From positions 352,001-416,000 of the forward strand of contig CAXXTF010000001.1 of the NCBI GenBank assembly GCA_963665775.2: a stretch of DNA of 64,000 nt, read 5' to 3'. The position numbers and the translations under genes were made by a program. The notes beneath the pieces are model-generated. The model saw only the letters and a program-made list of their open reading frames with translations, was not told the DNA's origin and did no database searches. Shown here piece after piece: positions 1 through 7,918 of the stretch (within the stretch, counting starts at the first letter, position 1; each line of letters opens with the position of its first letter). The stretch is from Dehalococcoidia bacterium. Its GTDB lineage: Bacteria > Chloroflexota > Dehalococcoidia > SM23-28-2 > RBG-16-64-32.

Positions 1-1
1 C

Positions 2-370
2 CACCTCCCCTACGACCGCCGCTGCCTGCACGAGGCGGTGCTCTCCGGCAGCAAGCAGCGGGCTAAGGAGGTCAAGACCCTGGATATCGCCAAACGGCTC
101 ATCGACTACGGCTTTCACCCCCCCACGATATACTTCCCCCTCATTGTGGACGAGGCGCTGATGATCGAGCCCACGGAGACGGAGGGGAAAGAGGCGCTGG
201 ACGCCTTCTGCGAGGCGATGCTGGCGATAGCGAGAGAGTCAGAGGAGGAGCCGGAGCTGGTGAGGGGCGCGCCCCATACGGCGCCCCTGCGCCGCCTGGA
301 CGAGGCGACGGCGGCCCGGCGGCCGGTCCTCAGATGGCAGCCTACAGAGGAGCGCGACGATGACCGGTGA
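2..370 (+). CDS. gcvPB: Glycine dehydrogenase (decarboxylating) subunit 2, C-terminal part (5' end outside window)
   Basis: [34 protein letters not shown] and [17 protein letters not shown] are the conserved GcvP C-terminus; the frame is open from the window edge. Confidence 0.93.
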   Translation, partial: HLPYDRRCLHEAVLSGSKQRAKEVKTLDIAKRLIDYGFHPPTIYFPLIVDEALMIEPTETEGKEALDAFCEAMLAIARESEEEPELVRGAPHTAPLRRLDEATAARRPVLRWQPTEERDDDR

Positions 371-1547
371 CTTCAGCGAGCTGAACGTCCCCTCGCGGCT
401 GCTGCTGGGGCCTGGCCCCAGCAACGTCCACCCCCGCGTCTACCGGGCGATGATGACACCGGTCATCGGCTACCTGGACCCCCAATTCCTGCAACTCCTG
501 GACGACACCCAGCGGCCCCTGCGCAGCCTCTTCCGCACCGAGAGCGATCTGACCATCGCCATCTCCGGCACGGGTAGCGCGGGGATGGAGGCGTCCATAT
601 ACAACGTCTTAGAGCCTGGAGACAGAGCCGTGGTCTGCGTTAACGGCTTCTTCGGCACGCGGATGGCGGAGATGGCCCGCCGCTGCGGGGCCGAGGTGAC
701 CACGGTGGAGGCCGACTGGGGCCGCATCATCGAGCCGGATCAGGTAAAGGCAGCGCTACGGGCCAACCCCGGCACCAAGGCCGTGACGATCGTCCACGGC
801 GAGACCAGCACCGGCGTCCTCCAGCCCCTGGAGGAGATCTCGCGCATCGTCCACGAACACGGCGCCCTCCTGGTGGTGGACACCGTGACCACCCTGTCCG
901 GATGCGAGCTCCACGTCGACGAGTGGGGGATCGACGTCTGCTTCAGCGGCACCCAGAAGTGCCTGTCGGCGCCGCCGGGGTTATCGCCGATCACCTTCAG
1001 CCCCCAGGCGATGGCAGTCCTCGCCGCCCGCAAGGAGCCGGTGCGTAGCTGGTACCTGGACATCTCCCTGCTGCATCGATACTGGGGCGGCGGCGAGACT
1101 CGAGTCTACCACCACACACCGCCGATGACGATGCTGTACGCCCTCCGAGAGGCCCTACGCATCGCCCTGGAAGAGGGGTTGGAGACGCGCATCGCCCGTC
1201 ATCGGCGCCACGCGGAGGCGCTGGCGGCCGGTCTGGAGGCGATGGGCCTGCGTCTGCACGCCCAGGAGGGCTACCGGCTGCCCCCGCTGACCACCGTGCG
1301 CATCCCGGAGGGGGTGGACGACCTGGCCCTGCGCCGCGGCCTGCTTCAGGAACACAACATCGAGGTCGGCGGCGGCATCGGGGCCATGCAGGGGCAGGTG
1401 CTGCGCATCGGGCTCATGGGGTTCGGCTCCAGCGAGGCGAACCTGCTGGCGCTGCTCTACGCCCTGGAGACAGGACTGCTCAAGCAGGGCTTCCGGCTGG
1501 AGCCGGGGGCCGGGGTGAGCGCCGCCGCCAGCGCCCTCAACGCCTAA
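360..1547 (+). CDS. Alanine--glyoxylate / serine--pyruvate aminotransferase (class V PLP enzyme)
   Basis: LLLGPGPS N-terminus, [24 protein letters not shown]-lysine motif, YHHTPP; overlaps the gcvPB stop. Confidence 0.92.
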   Translation: MTGDFSELNVPSRLLLGPGPSNVHPRVYRAMMTPVIGYLDPQFLQLLDDTQRPLRSLFRTESDLTIAISGTGSAGMEASIYNVLEPGDRAVVCVNGFFGTRMAEMARRCGAEVTTVEADWGRIIEPDQVKAALRANPGTKAVTIVHGETSTGVLQPLEEISRIVHEHGALLVVDTVTTLSGCELHVDEWGIDVCFSGTQKCLSAPPGLSPITFSPQAMAVLAARKEPVRSWYLDISLLHRYWGGGETRVYHHTPPMTMLYALREALRIALEEGLETRIARHRRHAEALAAGLEAMGLRLHAQEGYRLPPLTTVRIPEGVDDLALRRGLLQEHNIEVGGGIGAMQGQVLRIGLMGFGSSEANLLALLYALETGLLKQGFRLEPGAGVSAAASALNA

Positions 1548-1657
1548 CGTCAGCTAGGCTCGCGCCCGGCCAGCCTAACACCCTCCACCGCTGAACTCAC
1601 AAGTACGCCTTTCAGCACTCAGAAACCGTAAGCGACGACATCCCCTCCTTCCATTTA

Positions 1658-1677
1658 TAGAACATACATCCTACTAT
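1658..1677 (+). promoter_or_regulatory. Putative LexA (GAAC-N4-GTTC type) operator overlapping a -10 box upstream of the capsid gene
   Basis: TAGAAC-ATAC-ATCCTA (2 mismatches to AGAAC-N4-GTTCT) overlapping TACTAT at 1672-1677. Confidence 0.45.
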
Positions 1678-1721
1678 TGCCCTTGCCAACGTTCCCTGAA
1701 CCAGAAGGAGGTACCAGCCCC

Positions 1722-2608
1722 ATGGCCCTCACCCTCGCCGAATCCGCCAAGCTCTCCAACGATACGCTCCTCACCGGCGTCATCGAGACCATCGTCAAGG
1801 ACTCCCCCGTCCTCCAGCGCCTGCCCTTCATCGAGATCGTGGGCAACGGCCTCACCTACAACCGGGAGGCCACAGCCCCCTCCGCCGCCTTCTTCGACGT
1901 GGGCGACAGCTGGACCGAGTCCACACCGACGTTCACTCAGCAGACCGTCACCCTGAAGATCATGGGCGGCGATGCCGACATCGACAACTTCATCCTAGCC
2001 ACCCGCTCCAACCTCCAGGACATGGAGACGGCAATCGTCCAGCTAAAGGCGAAAGCCGTCCGCGACCTGTTCGAGGACACCTTCATCACCGGCGACGCCA
2101 CCGCCGACCCCAAGACCTTCGACGGCCTGGACCAGCTCGTCGACGCCAGCCAAACGCTCTCAATGGGCGTCGCCGCGGCTCCCTCACCCTGGACAAGCTG
2201 GACAAGCTAATCGACACCGTCCTGGGAGGCAAGCCGGACCTGCTCCTCATGAGCCGGCGCTCCCGCCGCATCATCAACAAGCTGGCCCGCACCTCCGGCT
2301 CCTTCCTGGAAGCCGACCGCGACGAGTTCGGCCAGATGCTCCAGTTCTACGACGGCATCCCCATCGGCGTCTCCGACTACATCTCCGATACCCAGACCGT
2401 CGGCACAAGCACCGATTGCTCCACCATCTACGCCTTCCAGACCGGCGAGGGCGCCCTGTTGGGACTGACCTCCCCCGGCGGCCTCCAGGTGGAGCGCGTG
2501 GGTAGTCTGGAGACCAAGGACGCCACCCGCACCCGCATCAAGTGGTACTCCACACTGGCCCTCTTCAACACCGTGAAGCTGGCCTCGCTCACAGGCGTCC
2601 GCCCGTAG
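1722..2608 (+). pseudogene. Phage major capsid protein (HK97-like, ~295 aa), split by a 1-nt deletion near 2175 (true pseudogene or sequence error)
   Basis: RBS GAAGGAGG then ATG 1722; MALTLAESAKLSND..GVIETIVKDSPVLQRLPFIEIVGNGLTYNRE..GGDADID..FDGL; after the shift LTLDKLDKLID..GGKPDLLLMSRR..RTRIKWY..LTGV joins ORFs 1677..2210 and 2249..2608. Confidence 0.82.
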
Positions 2609-2625
2609 TCTTCCCCTCCGGCCAA

Positions 2626-2664
2626 GCTGGCGGGGCCCGGCCTGACCTCCCGGACCCCGCCAGC
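2626..2664 (+). other. GC-rich hairpin after the capsid gene (stabiliser or attenuator; no U-tract)
   Basis: GCTGGCGGGG...CCCCGCCAGC inverted repeat. Confidence 0.55.
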
Positions 2665-2696
2665 GCCCCTTCACCCTGACTCAGGAGACCAACACC

Positions 2697-3038
2697 GTGA
2701 CCACCATCAAGAAGGCGATCATCAAGACCTACGACCCCGCTGCACACGAGGCCGCCATCCAGATAGCGGGCTCCCTCGCCGTCTGGCTGGAGGCCGTTGC
2801 CGTCGCCGCCGACATCCCGGCCGGCGAAGTCCTGGCCGGCCGCGAGTGCAGCGTCCTCTTTTTCACTGACGACAACCCAGACGACGCCGTCGTCTTCACC
2901 ATCCACGGCGTCGTACCCATCCCCACAGGCCCTCTCGATATCGAGGTACTAGAAGGCGGCGTCACCGTCGGCACTACCACCTGCGTAGGCACGATCCAAG
3001 TCTACGAAGACGGAATCCTAGTAGGGAGCACACCGTGA
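2697..3038 (+). CDS. Hypothetical virion protein, possibly OB-fold spike/baseplate-like
   Basis: RBS AGGAG; beta-strand pattern KAIIKTYD..AAIQIAGS..GRECSVLFF..DAVVF; C-terminal repeat IEVLEGGVTVGT / IQVYEDGILVGS; position in module. Confidence 0.6.
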   Translation: MTTIKKAIIKTYDPAAHEAAIQIAGSLAVWLEAVAVAADIPAGEVLAGRECSVLFFTDDNPDDAVVFTIHGVVPIPTGPLDIEVLEGGVTVGTTTCVGTIQVYEDGILVGSTP

Positions 3039-3874
3039 GCACCTTCAAAATCGACTTCGGCTCAGGTTTCGACGTCACCGAGTCCCCCGCCGACGAGTTC
3101 AACATTGTTCTCGACCTGTCAGAGCTCACCGCCGCGGGCGAGCTCGGGGGCACCCTCGACGCCCCGACAGTAGACGCTACCCACTCCGGCTCTGCGCACC
3201 ACCTGGCAAGCGACCCTGGTCCGCCTAACGGTGCCGCAGGTGGCGAACTGGGCGGCACCTACCCCAGCCCAACCGTCGACGCCACCCACGCCGGCTCTAC
3301 CCACCACGCCGAAGGCCATACCATCCCCAGCCACTCCGATACGACAGCCACCGGTGCCGAGCTAGAGGAGCTGACCGACGGCAGCCAAACCGCTCTCCAC
3401 TCCCACGCTGGCGGGGGCGGCCCCACGAAAGTTCACAAAGCGGCCGATGAAAGCGTCACCTCTTCAACCACCCTCCAAAATGACGACGACTTCTCCTTCG
3501 CCGTCTCCGCCAACACCGACTACATCTTTGAAATACACGCTGCAATCACCTGCGACTTCCGGAATGGCTCCATCAAAGTGGCTATTACTGTTCCCTCCGG
3601 AGCCACCATGCTACTCATGGCTCAACTCCTGCAGAACAAGCAAAGCGAGGTCGACAACGCATCGCGTGCAGGCTGGACAACCATCAGCGGAACCGCCATC
3701 TCCCTTCGCACCAGCATCGTCAACGCCGGCTCGGGTAACGGCCTGCTCAGCATTTACGGCCGCGTAAGCGTCGGCGGCACCGCCGGAACCGTGCAACTGC
3801 AGTGGGCCCAAGAAATCAGCGACACAGACCCTACAACTCTAAAGGCTAATTCGTGGATGCTCGTGTTCTCCTAA
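3035..3874 (+). CDS. Fibre/receptor-binding-like virion protein
   Basis: Two repeats G(G)ELGGT..PTVDATH.GS.HH, a Gly linker and a beta-rich C-terminal domain (KAADESVTSSTTLQNDDDFSF..GTVQLQWAQ). Confidence 0.6.
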   Translation: MSTFKIDFGSGFDVTESPADEFNIVLDLSELTAAGELGGTLDAPTVDATHSGSAHHLASDPGPPNGAAGGELGGTYPSPTVDATHAGSTHHAEGHTIPSHSDTTATGAELEELTDGSQTALHSHAGGGGPTKVHKAADESVTSSTTLQNDDDFSFAVSANTDYIFEIHAAITCDFRNGSIKVAITVPSGATMLLMAQLLQNKQSEVDNASRAGWTTISGTAISLRTSIVNAGSGNGLLSIYGRVSVGGTAGTVQLQWAQEISDTDPTTLKANSWMLVFS

Positions 3875-3925
3875 TCAACCTACCTCCATCAATCCAGAGC
3901 AGGGCCCTACGACGACACCATCATC

Positions 3926-4036
3926 GTCGGCGGCACAGCCGGAACCGTACAGATGCGATGGGCCCAGAAGGTCGCCCACGCCAGCGATGCCAAAATCCTC
4001 AAAGGCTCCTACCTCATAGGCTGGAAGTTGTCCTAA
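3926..4036 (+). pseudogene. Stranded alternative C-terminus of the fibre-like gene
   Basis: Reads VGGTAGTVQMRWAQKVAHASDAKILKGSYLIGWKLS*, homologous to VGGTAGTVQLQWAQEISDTDPTTLKANSWMLVFS* (3770-3874); no start codon or RBS. Confidence 0.75.
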
Positions 4037-4145
4037 GCCCCACCCTCACACCGAGGACCGGCCTGTTATCGGCATCGGCCAGCGTGCTGGCGCAGTCCGC
4101 AGCGTATGACATCAGCAACCCTTCGCCCAGATAGGAGGACAGAAG

Positions 4146-4781
4146 ATGAACTTGAGTGATATGCGGGGCCGGCTACGCCAAGACCTGCATGACGAAGACG
4201 CTACCAACGAGCGCTGGACGGACGCCGAGCTGGATCGCCACATCGAGCGCTCCGTCCGCGAGTTCAGTCTCGCCGTCCCCCTGGAGACTAAGTCCACCCT
4301 CATCACCACTGCCGACAGCCGCGACCTGTCCATCTCCGGCCTCACGGAGCTTGTTTCCATCGCGGCGGTGGAGTATCCGGTGGACCAGTACCCACCGGCC
4401 TACGTGCGATTCTCCGTCTGGGAGTCCACCCTGACCCTGCTGGTCGACTCGGAGCCAGCAGCCTCCGAGAACGTCAACGTCTACTACACGAAGCTGCACA
4501 CCATCGACATCAGCTCATCGACGGCGCCGCCGCGATTCGAGGGCGTCATCGCCACCGGTGCCGCAGGCTATGCCGCCCTGGAGTGGGCCTCCTTCGCCAC
4601 CAACCGGGTGAACGTGGGTGGGCAGGACGTGTGGCAGGAGTATCTGACCTGGGGAGAGGAGAGGCTGGCCGATTTCCAGCGGGAGCTGGCCCGCCACGGC
4701 AGGCGCAACGCCCTGCGCGCCCGCCGCCTGTATCCGCCCGCAACACCGTCTGTCGATCAGTCAACCGTAGTGGGGCCGTAG
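4146..4781 (+). CDS. Phage head-tail adaptor/connector-like protein
   Basis: RBS GGAGGA; MNLSDMRGRLRQDLHD..RWTDAELDRHIERSVREFS helical N-terminus typical of adaptor proteins; position in module. Confidence 0.6.
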   Translation: MNLSDMRGRLRQDLHDEDATNERWTDAELDRHIERSVREFSLAVPLETKSTLITTADSRDLSISGLTELVSIAAVEYPVDQYPPAYVRFSVWESTLTLLVDSEPAASENVNVYYTKLHTIDISSSTAPPRFEGVIATGAAGYAALEWASFATNRVNVGGQDVWQEYLTWGEERLADFQRELARHGRRNALRARRLYPPATPSVDQSTVVGP

Positions 4782-4786
4782 CCCTC

Positions 4787-6745
4787 ATGCGCACCCTTGC
4801 TTCGCCGCTCCTGGACGCCCAAAAGAGTGACTCCGCCGTTCCCTACCTCAAGGTGGTGATCTCCGACCGCATCGGCGGCGTGCGGCGGCTGGACTTCACC
4901 CGACTGTACACAGGCAGCGAGCCGGACGGCTACCACGCCGCCGCTATGCCCGGCGACGGCTCCCTGCTGCGGGCCCGCGTCTCCTCCGGGCGGCTGTACT
5001 ACCAGCGCGTCGCCACCCCCGGCGCAAGCAGCGACTTCTCCACCTGGACGGACCTCAGCGCCGCCGCCAGTGCCGATGTCGCCCTCTGCGCCGACGGATC
5101 GCGCGCTCTTCTGTTCTACGTCGACAGCGACGGGCTGACCCTGAAGGTACGGGAAAGCACCGATAACGGGATCACCCTGGGCTCGGCGGTGACCGTGGCC
5201 ACCGCCTCCGACACCGTCGGCTGGCTGGCGGCGGACGTCAAGTCCAGCGGCGACACCCTCCTGCTGTACTCGGTGGGCGCCACGGTCTTCTCCGTAAAGC
5301 GCAGCGGCGGCAGCTGGGGGTCGGCCACAGCCTGGAGCAACAGCGTTGCCTCAGTGGCCGGGTTGGCCTGCTTCCACCAGGGCGATTTCAACGCCGTGGT
5401 GACGGGCACCGACAGCTCGGGCGACGCCTTCGTATGGACATCCATCTTCGGCGACGGCTTCTCCCAGGCCCCCAACACCTGGTCGTCGCTGCGGGAGGTC
5501 ACCCGTGCCAGCAGCGGCTCCGGCGTCAGCCTCCAGGCCCCCTTTCTGGCCCAACCGGACACCTACCGGCTCACCTTCGTAGAGAAGTATACGGGGAGCC
5601 TCTCGTACAGCCGGCCCTACCACAGCTACTCGCCCGCCACGGCCGATTTCGCGACGAACCTGTGGCGAGAGCCCGTCCCCTTCAATCTGACCTCCGATTT
5701 CGGCCTGGCCCTGGCCTTCAGCAGCGGCGCCGCCTGGTTAAGCACACCGGCCGGGGTCTGGACGGCCTCGCTTTCCTTCCCTTCCCTGGACGTGACGACC
5801 GACGTTCTGGAGGCTACGACCCGGGTCCGGCCGTTCGAGGGTCGACTGCGGTTGGTGCTGCGGAACGATGATGGTCGCTACTCGTCCCTCCCGCCCGCCG
5901 TGAAGCTGGCCGCGGAGGTGCGGGTCAGCCCCGGCTACATTACCGCCACCGGCTCCCAAGCATCCGATGGCCCGGCCTACTGGATCGAGGGGATCGAGTG
6001 GGCCTCCGGAGCCGGAAAAGGGACGCTGGCGCTGGAGACGAGAAACGCCTGGAGCCTGCTGGACGGCTGGCGCGCCCGCCGCCAGTATAGCTGGGCCGCC
6101 GGCCAGAAGAACGTCTTCGGCATCCTGCAGTTCCTATTCGCCCGCGCTGGGCTGGAGTTCTCGTCCGCCGGCAGCAGCGCCGCCGCCGGCAACCTCTACC
6201 CCACCTTCACGGTGCACCCCGGCGACTCCGGCCTGACGGCCGTGCAGCGGCTCCTGACCATGCTCCCGGACGTCGTACTCGTTCGGGGCGAGTTCGGCTA
6301 CCTGGTGGAGCCGACCGCCAGCCAGGCGTCCGACTATGTCTACGGCACCGATCACTCGCTGCTGACCGGACGCTACGCCGACCTCCTGCCCGGGGCCAAC
6401 CGGGCGCAGGTCTTCGGCGCTGGCGTGTTCGCCGAGGGGTTCGACTGGCCAGGAGTGGAGTCGGTCTACGATCTGCTGCGACAGGTTCACGACGCCAACC
6501 TGACCACGACGGGCCAGGCCCAGGACCGGGCCGACGCCTTGCTCCGCCACGAGCTGTTAGCGGCCAGGGGCGGCGAGATCGTGGTACCGGTAAACTGCGG
6601 CCAGGAGCTGTACGACGTCGTGGAGGTGACAGACGTCGGCGCGGGCCTAGCGGCAGCGAAGCGGCGGGTGCTGGGGCTGTCGCTGCGCTACTCCACAGGG
6701 GAGCGGCCTCTGTACGAACAGCGCATCACCCTGGGCGGGGTGTAG
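4787..6745 (+). CDS. Phage tail/baseplate hub-like protein (652 aa)
   Basis: Likely start ATG 4787 (MRTLASPLLDAQK); beta-rich N-half with Asp-box-like STDNGITL; C-half RLVLRNDDGRY..ELYDVVEVTD like tail hub proteins. Confidence 0.6.
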   Translation: MRTLASPLLDAQKSDSAVPYLKVVISDRIGGVRRLDFTRLYTGSEPDGYHAAAMPGDGSLLRARVSSGRLYYQRVATPGASSDFSTWTDLSAAASADVALCADGSRALLFYVDSDGLTLKVRESTDNGITLGSAVTVATASDTVGWLAADVKSSGDTLLLYSVGATVFSVKRSGGSWGSATAWSNSVASVAGLACFHQGDFNAVVTGTDSSGDAFVWTSIFGDGFSQAPNTWSSLREVTRASSGSGVSLQAPFLAQPDTYRLTFVEKYTGSLSYSRPYHSYSPATADFATNLWREPVPFNLTSDFGLALAFSSGAAWLSTPAGVWTASLSFPSLDVTTDVLEATTRVRPFEGRLRLVLRNDDGRYSSLPPAVKLAAEVRVSPGYITATGSQASDGPAYWIEGIEWASGAGKGTLALETRNAWSLLDGWRARRQYSWAAGQKNVFGILQFLFARAGLEFSSAGSSAAAGNLYPTFTVHPGDSGLTAVQRLLTMLPDVVLVRGEFGYLVEPTASQASDYVYGTDHSLLTGRYADLLPGANRAQVFGAGVFAEGFDWPGVESVYDLLRQVHDANLTTTGQAQDRADALLRHELLAARGGEIVVPVNCGQELYDVVEVTDVGAGLAAAKRRVLGLSLRYSTGERPLYEQRITLGGV

Positions 6746-6817
6746 AGGCCCAATGTTGAACGTCCCACCCCCCGCTTCGCCATCCTAACGGAGATGGACG
6801 GGTGCCGGTTCCGCCCG

Positions 6818-6847
6818 TATAATGGCCCCCAGTAGCACAAGTATTCC
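6818..6847 (+). promoter_or_regulatory. ruvB promoter -10 (TATAAT) with a degenerate LexA-like box
   Basis: TATAAT 6818-6823; AGCAC-AAGT-ATTCC 6834-6847. Confidence 0.4.
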
Positions 6848-6864
6848 ACAGAGATCGGACGGCG

Positions 6865-7887
6865 ATGCCCGAACGGATCATCTCCGGCGAGATCCAGGAC
6901 GCGGACCTGACCCTGGACACCACCCTCCGCCCCAGGCGGATCGATGAGTTCATCGGCCAGGAGAAGATAAAGGATAACCTGGCCATCGCCATCGCCGCCG
7001 CCCAGCAGCGGCAGGAGCCCCTGGACCATATCATGCTCTACGGCCCGCCGGGCCTGGGCAAGACCACCCTGGGCCACATCATCGCCCACGAGATGTCCGT
7101 CTCGATCCGTGTCACCTCCGGCCCGGCGATCGAGCGGGCGGGGGACCTGGCCGCCATCCTCACCAACCTCCAGGAGAACGACGTCCTGTTCATCGACGAG
7201 GTACACCGACTGCCGCGGGCGGCGGAGGAGGTGCTCTACCCAGCCCTGGAAGACTTCGCCCTGGACATCGTCCTCGGGCGGGGGCCCGGAGCCCGCAGCG
7301 TGCGCCTCTCGGTGCCCCGTTTCACGCTTGTGGGCGCCACTACCCGTTACGCCATGCTCAGCCCACCCCTGCGGGACCGCTTCGGCGCCGTTTACCGGCT
7401 GGACTTCTACGACCAGGAAGCGATCGCCGCCATCATCCGTCGCAACGCCACCATCTTACAGGTGCCCCTAGAAGCGGAGGGCGCCGAAGAGATCGCCCGG
7501 CGCTCCCGGGGCACGCCGCGGGTCGCCAACCGACTGCTACGGCGGGTGCGGGACTACGCCCAGGTGCGGGCCGACGGCGTCATCACATCGGAGGTGGCCA
7601 AGCAGGCCCTGGCCCGGCTGGACATAGACGACTTGGGGCTCGACGAGGTGGATCACAAGGTCCTGCGCACGATTATCGAGAAGTTTGACGGCGGCCCTGT
7701 GGGGATCGAGACGATCGCCGCTTCCATCTCCGAAGAGGCGGATACGATCATGGACGTATACGAGCCTTACCTGATGCAGGTGGGGTTCCTTCAGCGCACC
7801 GCCCGCGGCCGGATGGCGACACGCCACGCCTACGCCCACCTGGGCATCGAGGCGCCGCAGTCTCTCCAGGGAGGCCTGTGGGAGTGA
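6865..7887 (+). CDS. ruvB: Holliday junction branch migration helicase RuvB
   Basis: [57 protein letters not shown]. Confidence 0.98.
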   Translation: MPERIISGEIQDADLTLDTTLRPRRIDEFIGQEKIKDNLAIAIAAAQQRQEPLDHIMLYGPPGLGKTTLGHIIAHEMSVSIRVTSGPAIERAGDLAAILTNLQENDVLFIDEVHRLPRAAEEVLYPALEDFALDIVLGRGPGARSVRLSVPRFTLVGATTRYAMLSPPLRDRFGAVYRLDFYDQEAIAAIIRRNATILQVPLEAEGAEEIARRSRGTPRVANRLLRRVRDYAQVRADGVITSEVAKQALARLDIDDLGLDEVDHKVLRTIIEKFDGGPVGIETIAASISEEADTIMDVYEPYLMQVGFLQRTARGRMATRHAYAHLGIEAPQSLQGGLWE

Positions 7888-7918
7888 GCGGGCGACAGCA
7901 GCTGGGGTCCTCGTTGCC

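Larger units (their letters stand above)
1722..6745 (+). mobile_element. Phage-derived virion structural module (GTA-like or cryptic prophage remnant)
   Basis: Five co-oriented genes: capsid, spike-like, fibre-like, adaptor-like, tail-like; no integrase, terminase, portal, repressor or lysis gene seen; flanked by housekeeping genes. Confidence 0.65.

Noticed and set aside
2163-2200. Programmed ribosomal frameshift in the capsid gene
   Set aside because: No slippery heptamer, and the break falls mid-fold where the short product would be useless
1722-2608. Encapsulin nanocompartment
   Set aside because: Followed by adaptor-, fibre- and tail-like genes rather than a cargo enzyme; the upstream aminotransferase is coupled to gcvPB and separated by a promoter-like gap. 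Not formally excluded without a structure search
3770-4036. Diversity-generating retroelement (VR/TR pair)
   Set aside because: Differences are not confined to adenines of one copy, identity collapses after ~45 bp, and no reverse transcriptase is in the window
4583-4786. N-terminal extensions in the ORF track (also 27981-28337, 47908-48156, 18149-18214, 58828-59094)
   Set aside because: They overlap neighbouring genes or lack homology; downstream starts fit family N-termini better
1548-6864. Intact inducible prophage
   Set aside because: Only ~5 kb; no integrase, packaging, replication or lysis genes; no att repeats seen
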